Origin: a virus
IMG/VR virus record: IMGVR_UViG_3300045988_176635
Span: 1-32,000 of that record
Direction: 5' to 3' (one strand)
DNA length: 32,000 bases
Made by a program: the position numbers and the translations under genes. Position 1 is the stretch's first letter; each line of letters opens with the position of its first letter. This document shows positions 1 to 7,578 of the stretch, piece by piece. The notes under the pieces are model-generated. The model was not told where the DNA came from. It made no database searches and saw only the letters and a list, made by a program, of their open reading frames with translations.

Positions 1-28
1 ATGTGGACCACAGTAACGCCGCGTGAGC

Positions 29-51
29 GGTAAGTGCTGACTTACCTTTTT
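29..51 (+). terminator. short terminator-like hairpin upstream of the repeat region
   Basis: GGTAAG(tgctga)CTTACC followed by TTTTT. Confidence 0.45.
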
Positions 52-90
52 GGTTTGTCGTTTGGAATATACTCGGCAAACTCAACTTCA

Positions 91-256
91 GTTGACGTCC
101 CCCACCAAATGACAGGGAGCTATACCGTACGATTAAATTGCAATCCGGATTGACTGACGTCCCCCACCAAATGACAGGTAGCTATACCGCAGCCCCCCCG
201 CAAACGGAGCATCACGCACAGTTGACGTCCCCCACCGAATGACAGGAAACTGCACC
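91..256 (+). repeat. three ~36-nt direct repeats with unique intervals, directly upstream of the IscB-like ORF
   Basis: Units at 91-126, 153-188 and 221-256 share TGACGTCCCCCACC(A/G)AATGACAGG. Units 1 and 2 also share (G/T)AGCTATACC; unit 3 is diverged at its 3' end (AAACTGCACC). Intervals are 26 and 32 nt. Confidence 0.85.
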
Positions 257-319
257 CGCAGCGTGAAAGGAAAAAATAAGATGCCAGTATGTGTTTTAAG
301 TGCAAACGGTTAACGGCTG

Positions 320-1675
320 ATGCCGACCGAAAATTACGGCAAAGTGCGCCATCTGTTGAAGGATGGCCGCGCTGTGATTGCGAAGCGGAACCCGTTCACC
401 ATCCAGCTGACCTACGATACCAGTACCTATACCCAGCCCATCGAAATGTGCGTCGGCACCGGATATGAGCATATCGGCGTCAGCATTAAGACAAAGGCAA
501 AAGAGGTCGTATCGCAGCAATATGATATGCTCACGAACGAGCGCTCTCGCCATGACGACTGCCGAGCGTACCGCCGGACGCGCAGAAACCGCCTGCGGTA
601 TCGGGCTGCACGGTTCAATAACCGTGTATCAGGCAAAAAGCCCGGTTGGATTGCTCCGTCTCTGGACAACAAGGTGGAGCGGCACCTGGATATTATCTCC
701 CGTTATCTGTCTGTCATGCCTGTCACGGATGTCTTTATCAAGGCCGCGACATACGATACACAGCTCCTTGCGGCGCTGGAGGCAGGGGAACCTGTCCCGC
801 AGGGCAAGGACTATCAGCATGGACCGCAGTACGGCTACGATACGCTGCGGGAAGCGGTCTTTGAACGGGACCACTATACCTGTGTGTATTGCAAGAGAGG
901 CCTGAAAGACGGCGCTATCCTTCATGTCCATCACGCCTACTACTGGAAGGGTCTGCATGGGAACAGCATGAGGGAGCTTGCGACCTGCTGCGAGAAGTGC
1001 AACACACCTGCCAATCACAAGGAGGGCGGGAAGCTGTGGGGCTTCGATAAGCCTCTGCGGAAATATACCGGCGAAGCGTTTATGAATAGCGTGCGCTGGA
1101 TTCTCTATCAGCGTGCGATGGCTCGCTTCCAGGGTGTTGCGGAAGTACACATGACCTATGGCGTCATCTCCAAGCGCGTCCGCACCAACCTCGGCCTCCC
1201 GTATTCCTGCGCTACGGATGCCTACTGCATGGGCGAGCTGCGTCCGGAAGCCAGATGCGAAACAGAGGTCTTCCAGAAATACAGGCGAAACAACAGAGTC
1301 CTATCCAAATTCTATGACGCCAAATATTACGACACACGGGAAAAGGGAGTTATCCGTTCTGGCAACGAGCTGTCCTCCGGCAGGACGAACCGCAATCATA
1401 ACCTTGACGGCGAAAATCTGCGCCGGTTCCGTGGCTGTAAGAAGTCAAAGGGCCGAACCTCGACCAGAAAGCAGAGATATGCCATGCAGCCGGGAGATAT
1501 CGTGGTCTACGGCAATCGCAAATACGTTTCCAAGGGCTGCTCCAGCTATGGCAGGGCATTAAGCCTACTCACGGATGGAAAGCCGCTTATGGTCAGCATG
1601 AAGAAAATCCAGCTTGTTCGTCATAAGGGCGGCTGGGTGCGGCTTCCCCATGCAGCAGCCGAGGCAAAAAAATAA
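320..1675 (+). CDS. IscB-like RRXRR/HNH protein with apparently degenerate RuvC motifs
   Basis: MPTENYGKVRHLLKDGRA, Arg-rich bridge-helix-like YRRTRRNRLRYRAARFNNR, GWIAPSLDNK, YTCVYC...LHVHHAYY...CCEKCN HNH/zinc region, LPYSCATDAYCMGE RuvC-III-like region. The upstream in-frame segment 281-310 encodes MPVCVLSANG and is followed by TAA 311-313. Confidence 0.85.
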   Translation: MPTENYGKVRHLLKDGRAVIAKRNPFTIQLTYDTSTYTQPIEMCVGTGYEHIGVSIKTKAKEVVSQQYDMLTNERSRHDDCRAYRRTRRNRLRYRAARFNNRVSGKKPGWIAPSLDNKVERHLDIISRYLSVMPVTDVFIKAATYDTQLLAALEAGEPVPQGKDYQHGPQYGYDTLREAVFERDHYTCVYCKRGLKDGAILHVHHAYYWKGLHGNSMRELATCCEKCNTPANHKEGGKLWGFDKPLRKYTGEAFMNSVRWILYQRAMARFQGVAEVHMTYGVISKRVRTNLGLPYSCATDAYCMGELRPEARCETEVFQKYRRNNRVLSKFYDAKYYDTREKGVIRSGNELSSGRTNRNHNLDGENLRRFRGCKKSKGRTSTRKQRYAMQPGDIVVYGNRKYVSKGCSSYGRALSLLTDGKPLMVSMKKIQLVRHKGGWVRLPHAAAEAKK

Positions 1676-1706
1676 CCACCTGCGGATAAACCGTGGGCGG
1701 TGGAAA

Positions 1707-1735
1707 TTGACAAAGCGGGGCCTTTTTGGTAAGAT
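1707..1735 (+). promoter_or_regulatory. candidate promoter for the small toxin gene
   Basis: TTGACA (1707-1712), 17-nt spacer, TAAGAT (1730-1735). Confidence 0.6.
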
Positions 1736-1789
1736 AACAATGCTCCAAAAGGAGCCAGAAAGGCGTTACCATATACGGTAGGCGGTCGG

Positions 1790-1811
1790 CACTTCCCTGT
1801 GGAGGGAGGTG
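1790..1811 (+). promoter_or_regulatory. Shine-Dalgarno sequestering hairpin
   Basis: CACTTCCCT (1790-1798) pairs with AGGGAGGTG (1803-1811), which contains the SD of the small ORF. Confidence 0.6.
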
Positions 1812-1817
1812 ATGCCA

Positions 1818-1904
1818 ATGGTTACTTACGAATCGCTTTTTGCGTATTCTCTTGTTATCATCGGCCTTGTGGGTCTGATAGTTCAGATTTGCAAACGAAA
1901 ATGA
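1818..1904 (+). CDS. putative holin-like type I toxin, 28 aa
   Basis: MVTYESLFAYSLVIIGLVGLIVQICKRK: short hydrophobic peptide with a basic tail, SD AGGGAGG upstream. Resembles the 'putative holin-like toxin' family. An in-frame ATG at 1812 is also possible. Confidence 0.75.
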   Translation: MVTYESLFAYSLVIIGLVGLIVQICKRK

Positions 1905-1934
1905 CCGCCCCTCGCCAAAGGAAGACGGTCATTT
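1899..1934. terminator. bidirectional terminator shared by toxin mRNA and antisense RNA
   Basis: AAATGACCG (1899-1907) ... CGGTCATTT (1926-1934), T-rich on both flanks. Confidence 0.65.
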
Positions 1935-1985
1935 CGTTTGACTCTATTCTCTTAGGCTGACCGCTTATCGGTATCGCCTTTCTGC
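1900..1985 (-). ncRNA. candidate antisense RNA (type I antitoxin)
   Basis: Minus-strand promoter TTGACA (2012-2017), 16-nt spacer, TATAAT (1990-1995), reading toward the toxin 3' end and ending at the shared hairpin. Ends are approximate. Confidence 0.6.
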
Positions 1986-2058
1986 TTTTATTATACACCA
2001 GCAAGCCGCTTTGTCAAGCAAGACAAGGCGGCTTTTGCCGTCGGAAAGGAGTTTTCCT

Positions 2059-2556
2059 ATGAAAAACATCATGCTCAGCATCCGACCTGAGTGGCTCCAG
2101 AAAATCCTGTCGGGCCAGAAGACCGTGGAGCTGCGCCTGTCCAGACCGAACCTTACGCCGCCCTTCATGGTATTTCTCTACTGCTCCTGCAAGGGTACAA
2201 AGAAGCCCGGTGAAATTCTTGAAATCCATAGCGGCGGCAAAATCTACAAGGCAAACGGTCTTGTGGTAGGGGAGTTTACCTGTACCGAAATTGACCGTGT
2301 GGTGCGCGTGGGCTATATGGGCAGCAACGCGCCGCTTCAATACTGTGTCAACGCACAACCTGGAAACTACACCCCAGCGGGGAAACTGTATGAGGACGCC
2401 TGCCTCACCGTGAAGCAAGCAGAGGACTACCTCTGTGGCCGCGTGGGATACGGATGGCACATCTCTGATGTGCAGACCTATGACCGGCCCAAGAGCCTCG
2501 ACTGCTTCGCACTTGCGAGAGCACCGCAGAGTTGGCAGTACGTCCACGATTTTTAA
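2059..2556 (+). CDS. ASCH-domain-like protein
   Basis: MLSIRPEWLQKILSGQKTVELRLSRP ... VVGEFTCTEIDRV; SD GGAAAGGAG upstream. Confidence 0.6.
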   Translation: MKNIMLSIRPEWLQKILSGQKTVELRLSRPNLTPPFMVFLYCSCKGTKKPGEILEIHSGGKIYKANGLVVGEFTCTEIDRVVRVGYMGSNAPLQYCVNAQPGNYTPAGKLYEDACLTVKQAEDYLCGRVGYGWHISDVQTYDRPKSLDCFALARAPQSWQYVHDF

Positions 2557-2571
2557 GGAGGGATTCAAAAA

Positions 2572-2787
2572 ATGGCAAATTACAGAGTTTGTTTTCGGCT
2601 GCCCACATTTGTGGTACAGCTGAGCTTTGAGGCGGCAGAGAGGGATATCTCATACGAGGAAATTGCTGCATCCATCAACAAAGAGAAGGTCGCGGAACTT
2701 CTGTGTCTTGACGCACTGGGCTACAGTGCGGAAGACATAGAAATCATCACCCCGGAAGAGTATGACGAGGAGGTTGGAGCGGAATGA
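2572..2787 (+). CDS. hypothetical protein
   Basis: ORF with upstream AAGGAG, overlaps the next start. Confidence 0.55.
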   Translation: MANYRVCFRLPTFVVQLSFEAAERDISYEEIAASINKEKVAELLCLDALGYSAEDIEIITPEEYDEEVGAE

Positions 2788-3908
2788 ACACTGAGGAGCG
2801 TTTCCTGCTTCGCTCGTCAGTAGAATGGCGAAAGAATTTGATGCAGGATTGCTTGTGTATGCCGTGTGCTGAGTTCTCTGACTCTTTCGACGCAGCTGTA
2901 GACGCTGCCATCGCCACATTCCCTGAGTTGGAGCGGGAAGCTATCTTAAAACGCTACCGCGACGGTCTTACACCAACACAATGCGCAAACGCACTGGAAA
3001 TTGACATCGGCAAGTTCTACTCTTGCTTCGACCTCGCCATAAGGAGGCTGCGTCACCCCAAATATGCGGGGGGTATCCTGAAAGAAATGCGCCGGTTTGC
3101 AGGCAGCCCTCTCGCCTCTGCTTTGAAGGAGGCCATTGAGAATGGCAACTGGAAAAAAATCGAGGAGTTGTGCGATTCTGTTCCGTTTCAGTGCCTCAAT
3201 TTCTCGACTCGCACCAAGAACTGCCTTATGTTCAGTGGTGCCCAAAGTATCGGCGATGTTGTTCGACTGATAGAGAGCGGCAAACTGAAGAATCTGCGCC
3301 AATGCGGGCAGGGGACCCTTCAGAATATTATCGACGTACTGGAAAAGGCTCTGCCGTTCCATTTCATCCTTGGAAAGCCAGCTCAATTCTGTCCGGAAAC
3401 GAGTGATGCCTTCACCCGGAAGGAACACACTCGCCAGCTCTCTGCCATGCTGGAGCGATACATCGACCCGCGCAACGACCCACGCATCTACTGGGCGAGA
3501 GAGGTCACATTCGACTACTCTACGAACCACAAAATCCGCGTGGACTATATGCGCTTTCAGCCGCTCAACAATTCGACCTCCGGCATTGAGAAGGGGGACT
3601 TCTACGCCTACGAGGTCAAGTCCTCTGTGGAGGATTTCAAATCTCCTAACGGGCACAACTTCATCGCGGACTACAACTACTACGTTATGCCCGCAGACGT
3701 CTTCGAAGCGGTGAAGGATACTGTGCCATACGGCGTCGGTGTGCTTTGCCCGGACGGCGGGCATCTGCGATGCGTGAGGAAAGCCGTGAGGAAGGACCGA
3801 ACCAGACCGGTCAGCGAGATGCTGCTCATGCTGTGGCGCAGCTCACGAAGAGAGATTGTTGGAAGGAGAAACAAAAATGACAAAGAAACAAACGACAGAC
3901 AAGATTAA
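2784..3908 (+). CDS. sigma region 4-like HTH + RNAP alpha-CTD-like + MmcB-like nuclease domain protein
   Basis: LEREAILKRYRDGLTPTQCANALEI; LNFSTRTKNCLMFSGAQSIGDVVRLI..LKNLRQCGQGTLQNI; DFYAYEVKSSVEDFKSPNGHNFIADYNYYVMP...VPYGVGVLCPD. Confidence 0.65.
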   Translation: MNTEERFLLRSSVEWRKNLMQDCLCMPCAEFSDSFDAAVDAAIATFPELEREAILKRYRDGLTPTQCANALEIDIGKFYSCFDLAIRRLRHPKYAGGILKEMRRFAGSPLASALKEAIENGNWKKIEELCDSVPFQCLNFSTRTKNCLMFSGAQSIGDVVRLIESGKLKNLRQCGQGTLQNIIDVLEKALPFHFILGKPAQFCPETSDAFTRKEHTRQLSAMLERYIDPRNDPRIYWAREVTFDYSTNHKIRVDYMRFQPLNNSTSGIEKGDFYAYEVKSSVEDFKSPNGHNFIADYNYYVMPADVFEAVKDTVPYGVGVLCPDGGHLRCVRKAVRKDRTRPVSEMLLMLWRSSRREIVGRRNKNDKETNDRQD

Positions 3909-4275
3909 CAAGCCTGAGTTCGCCCCGGAGGAGTGGCGGAAGGCGGCCATTATGTACGATACATCCTTTGCCTGGTGTAAAAATCAAATTTCAGCCTGGG
4001 GTAAGAATCAAATTTCATTTACACCGGGCTTTAACGAGATGTTCGATGAAGCGCTGGACACACTTCCTGAGCGAAACCGCGATATCGTCCAAAAGTATTT
4101 TCGTGACAGAATGACGTTTTCGCAAATCGCCGACCTGCACGGCACCAGCAGAAGCATAGTTCGCCATCTGTGTATCTGGACGGTATGGAGGGTCATGAAT
4201 TTGATTCTGCTGCGAGAAGGAAGCAACCAAAATGCTGCGCCACAAACAGGCGGAGGAACTGAAGGTGGGTATTGA
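3877..4275 (+). CDS. sigma-70 region 4-like small protein
   Basis: ALDTLPERNRDIVQKYFRDRMTFSQIADLHGTSRSIVRH; SD GGAAGGAG upstream. Confidence 0.55.
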   Translation: MTKKQTTDKINKPEFAPEEWRKAAIMYDTSFAWCKNQISAWGKNQISFTPGFNEMFDEALDTLPERNRDIVQKYFRDRMTFSQIADLHGTSRSIVRHLCIWTVWRVMNLILLREGSNQNAAPQTGGGTEGGY

Positions 4276-4759
4276 CATCAATAGCCTGCCGCTTTCCGCA
4301 CAGATTCAGGTGCGTGCAAAGCTCGACGAGCAGAAGCGCGAACAGAACCAGCAGCGAACAAAAAAACAGTCGGAAGCACAGAAAAGGCAAAAACAGCCGA
4401 AAGAAGCGGACTCTGCTGAGCCATCCAAATATCGCAATGTAAAGGTTTTCCGCGTGGTGGATGGAGAAACCGTGAAATTCCCCAGCAAGCGGGAGGCACG
4501 CCGCTTCGATGAACTTTATTTGCAGTACAAGGGCGGTGCAATCCAGGACCTGCGGCTCCAGCAGGACTTCACGCTGGTCGAGGGCTATACACGGCCAAAT
4601 GGCAAGCGGGTTCGACCAATGGTCTACAAGGCAGATTTCGTATACCTTCGCAACGGTAAACGCATCGTGGAAGACGCGAAGGGAAAACGAACCGAAAAGT
4701 ATCTCATGAAACGCAAACTCATGTTGGAAAAGTACGGAATCGAAATTTCGGAGGTGTAA
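4232..4759 (+). CDS. DUF1064-like phage protein
   Basis: SKYRNVKVFRVVDGETVKFPSKREARRFDELYLQYKGGAIQDLRLQQDFTL...YKADFVYLRNGKRIVEDAKG. Confidence 0.7.
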   Translation: MLRHKQAEELKVGIDINSLPLSAQIQVRAKLDEQKREQNQQRTKKQSEAQKRQKQPKEADSAEPSKYRNVKVFRVVDGETVKFPSKREARRFDELYLQYKGGAIQDLRLQQDFTLVEGYTRPNGKRVRPMVYKADFVYLRNGKRIVEDAKGKRTEKYLMKRKLMLEKYGIEISEV

Positions 4760-4764
4760 TATCA

Positions 4765-5268
4765 ATGTTTGAAAACGGTAAGTTCCCAACGATTGAAGAG
4801 CTTTTGGAACGGGGAGAACACCTCATTCAGAAGGCAGTTGACGGAAAAAGATTAAGCGGCGAGGAAACGCATTTTCTCGAATTGCAAAATATATGGCTTG
4901 CGCAAAGGAGGGATGAACAGGAAAAAAACTGCGTGCGTCCTCTTGTGGAGCAGCTCAAGAAAACAAACCCCTTTGTGCAGGATGTATTCCGCAGCACCGA
5001 ATATTCCGAGTTCGCCCTCTGGTGCATTGAGATTCCCACTACCGCCAGCCGGCACAACGAGGACGGCTCAAACGACATCTGCGGTTGTTGGATTACGGCA
5101 GACAACAGCACGACCTACGAGGAGATGTGTCGCCGTCTGGAAGGAGTGAAGACGAAAGCCGATATTCTGGCTCTCTCCACCACGCCAAGTACCGTTGAGG
5201 CAATCAGTACGGCCACACCGCGCTGGAGGGCGGAGGTGGAGCAACTCCGAGCACAACAGCAAAAATAG
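4765..5268 (+). CDS. hypothetical protein
   Basis: ORF in a coherent + strand cluster. Confidence 0.6.
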   Translation: MFENGKFPTIEELLERGEHLIQKAVDGKRLSGEETHFLELQNIWLAQRRDEQEKNCVRPLVEQLKKTNPFVQDVFRSTEYSEFALWCIEIPTTASRHNEDGSNDICGCWITADNSTTYEEMCRRLEGVKTKADILALSTTPSTVEAISTATPRWRAEVEQLRAQQQK

Positions 5269-5287
5269 TCTCTCCCATCCTGGAAGG

Positions 5288-5314
5288 CCGTCAGCACATC
5301 GCTGGCGGTCTTTT
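5288..5314 (+). terminator. terminator-like hairpin before the sigma gene
   Basis: CCGTCAGC(acatc)GCTGGCGG followed by TCTTTT. Confidence 0.55.
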
Positions 5315-5316
5315 GA

Positions 5317-5345
5317 TTGACAAGTAAGCTATTGTGTGGTATAAT
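5317..5345 (+). promoter_or_regulatory. consensus sigma-A type promoter of the sigma factor gene
   Basis: TTGACA (5317-5322), 17-nt spacer, TATAAT (5340-5345). Lies over the ORF-track start, so translation probably begins downstream. Confidence 0.8.
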
Positions 5346-5367
5346 TGCTGCATTCAATGAAGGGGGG

Positions 5368-6489
5368 GTGGTTGACATCACGAATACCAGTAATTTAGCC
5401 GCTGACCGTGCGCTTGCCTATGAAGCCATTGAAAGGCAGCCTGAAACAGAAGAAATCGCAGCTTCGAATGAACAGGAGACCGAAGCGAAGCAGCCGGGAA
5501 ATATCGGCGACCATGTGGCGATGTATCTCAGCCAAATTGGCAGCATCCCCATTATGCCGCAGGTGGAAGCGAATCGCTGTATTGAAAAAGTGCAGAAGGG
5601 GAATGCCGCTGCCGAACAGCTCGAAACGCTGCGGGTGATTGCCGAGGAGAGCGGGAATGCAGTTGACCCCGAAATCAAGAAAGACCTGATGAAGGCCATA
5701 GAAGCAGGAAGACGGGCGAAAGATAAGGTTGTTGAGGGCAATCTTCGGCTTGTTGTGTCCATCGCAAAGAAATATATAAACTCAGCCGATTCTATGGTGT
5801 TCATGGACCTCATTCAGGAGGGCAACATTGGCCTCATGCGTTCCATCGACTCTTTTGACATTTCGAGGAATGTGAAGTTTTCCACCTACGCAACCTTCTG
5901 GATAAGGCAAAACATCACAAGAGCGCTTGCCACGACGGACCCAGCCATTCGCAAGCCCATCTATGTTGCGGAGGGCAGGCGGAGCGTCAATAATGCAAAA
6001 GAACAAATGCAACAAAAAGGCTTACCTTGTGATGACCCTTTAGAAATCGCAAAATACATGGAGGGGGATGCGTGGGATTCCCTTTCAAAAAGGGAGCAGC
6101 AGAAAAAACTGCGCATCATCCAACACTCGCTCCAGTACCGGAAGCCGGACTCGTTGGATGCGCCCGTCAATTCGGACGCCGCAAGCGATTCCAACACACC
6201 GCTTTCGGAATTCATCCCAAGCCATAACGAGTGGGATAACCCGGAAATTTCAACGTCAGGGAAGGCACTATGGGAAACGATGGACAAAATCCTGCACGAT
6301 ATGCCCGCACGAGACGCCTGTGTGCTTCGCTTACGATTCGGATTGGAGGATGGTTGTGCTTATACCCTCAAAGAAATCGGGGACGAAATGGACTTAACGC
6401 GAGAGCGTGTCCGTCAGGTTACAGATAAAACACTCGATAAGCTACGCAACGGAAAGGCAGGGAAGATGCTTCAGGACTTTCTTGAATGA
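5368..6489 (+). CDS. RNA polymerase sigma-70 family factor
   Basis: VEGNLRLVVSIAKKYINSADSMVFMDLIQEGNIGLMRSIDSFDISRNVKFSTYATFWIRQNITRAL (region 2); LKEIGDEMDLTRERVRQVTDKTLDKLR (region 4). GTG start at 5368 is tentative (ORF track starts at 5317). Confidence 0.9.
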   Translation: MVDITNTSNLAADRALAYEAIERQPETEEIAASNEQETEAKQPGNIGDHVAMYLSQIGSIPIMPQVEANRCIEKVQKGNAAAEQLETLRVIAEESGNAVDPEIKKDLMKAIEAGRRAKDKVVEGNLRLVVSIAKKYINSADSMVFMDLIQEGNIGLMRSIDSFDISRNVKFSTYATFWIRQNITRALATTDPAIRKPIYVAEGRRSVNNAKEQMQQKGLPCDDPLEIAKYMEGDAWDSLSKREQQKKLRIIQHSLQYRKPDSLDAPVNSDAASDSNTPLSEFIPSHNEWDNPEISTSGKALWETMDKILHDMPARDACVLRLRFGLEDGCAYTLKEIGDEMDLTRERVRQVTDKTLDKLRNGKAGKMLQDFLE

Positions 6490-6493
6490 GAAA

Positions 6494-6520
6494 CGCCGCC
6501 CAGATGGGCGGCGTTTTTTT
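6494..6520 (+). terminator. rho-independent terminator of the sigma gene
   Basis: CGCCGCCC(agat)GGGCGGCG + T7. Confidence 0.85.
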
Positions 6521-6594
6521 GCTATTCTCCGTTTCTTAAATCCAATCGAGCAGTTCCGCCAGCGTGAAGCGGACATTGCGCGTGACGATATGTA

Positions 6595-6757
6595 TTCTTT
6601 GGTTCTCAGGTTCCCAACATTAAAATAGGCGTGTTTCCATATTTGCCGGTATGCTCAGAGCATACAAAGGAAGTATCACATACACAAAGAAAGTTCAGTC
6701 AGCGGTTTTATCATGCCGCTGGCTTTTTATATATCAAAAAAACACGAAAAAGGAGAA
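6595..6757 (+). promoter_or_regulatory. conserved promoter/leader module, copy A
   Basis: Octamers TTCTTTGG/TTCTCAGG/TTCC from 6595; TATGCT 6650-6655; GAAGTATC 6670-6677; hairpin AGTCAGCGG/CCGCTGGCT 6697-6724; U/A-rich tract; AAGGAG. Confidence 0.8.
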
Positions 6758-7129
6758 ATGAACATGGAAGCAATGCTGTTTAAGTGGGATTTCAGCGACG
6801 AAACAAAGTGGAAAGATGTCTGCGCGGAGCTTGGGCTACCGGAAGACACGGAGCAGGTTGAGTTGTCCGTATCCGCAACAAAGGTCCGTACCAGCCAAAA
6901 CCGCAGTTGGGAAGCGACCGACGAGGAGATGTCCCGAATTTGGGAACGCCTCGGCGCGTATTTCTTGCGCTGCGAGAGCATCTCCAGAACAAACATTCGC
7001 GTTTTCTGTGGCGGCGGAGATTCCTTTTCCGTTGTTCGCGGCACAACGCAGCCTGGATTCGTCGAGGTGGATGGACGGTTGATGGACTATGAGGATTTTG
7101 AAACTTGGCTGTACCAGATGGCAGCTTGA
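6758..7129 (+). CDS. hypothetical protein
   Basis: MNMEAMLFKWDF..., AAAAGGAG SD at module end. Confidence 0.7.
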   Translation: MNMEAMLFKWDFSDETKWKDVCAELGLPEDTEQVELSVSATKVRTSQNRSWEATDEEMSRIWERLGAYFLRCESISRTNIRVFCGGGDSFSVVRGTTQPGFVEVDGRLMDYEDFETWLYQMAA

Positions 7130-7143
7130 GAAAGGAGAAAAAC

Positions 7144-7557
7144 ATGAACGCACAGGAAAAAATTGACCAGCTTATGAAGGCCGAGATGGAGCACATCCGT
7201 TCCGTCGGCGGTATTTTGAATCTGCCGGAGGCGGACAGTGTTCTGAACGACCTGAACCGAGAAAAGCTGAAGGCCCTGAAGGAACTGCACGGACATCTCT
7301 ACCTCGGACGCATCAACATCCACGATACAGCCCAGAGGCTTCGCGTTGTTGAAGGAACCGAAGACGTGTACGAGGAAATGCTGGACCAGCCCCTATACAA
7401 CTTCTGCTGTGATTTTGCCGTGCCCGTCAAGGATAAAACCTTGTCAGATTTGATTCGTGCTTGGAACGCAAGATTCACGATTCCCGGCATGAAGGACGCG
7501 CAGAAAATCACAGAGCGTGTAGAGCAGCTCGGCGGCGTGAATTTGATTTGGACTTAA
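7144..7557 (+). CDS. hypothetical protein
   Basis: MNAQEKIDQLMKAEMEH..., AAAGGAG SD. Confidence 0.65.
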   Translation: MNAQEKIDQLMKAEMEHIRSVGGILNLPEADSVLNDLNREKLKALKELHGHLYLGRINIHDTAQRLRVVEGTEDVYEEMLDQPLYNFCCDFAVPVKDKTLSDLIRAWNARFTIPGMKDAQKITERVEQLGGVNLIWT

Positions 7558-7578
7558 ACAAAATTTAAGGAGGATTAT

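Noticed and set aside
92-126. TTGACG ... TATACC in repeat unit 1 as a -35/-10 promoter
   Set aside because: Spacing is about 23 nt, too long for a sigma-A promoter.
91-256. Conventional CRISPR array with adjacent cas genes
   Set aside because: Only three units, unequal intervals (26 and 32 nt), and no Cas1/Cas2 or canonical effector in the window. Retained only as a CRISPR-like repeat finding.
465-905. 146-aa + strand ORF inside the IscB-like gene
   Set aside because: Alternative-frame overlap with a well-supported longer CDS; no family features.
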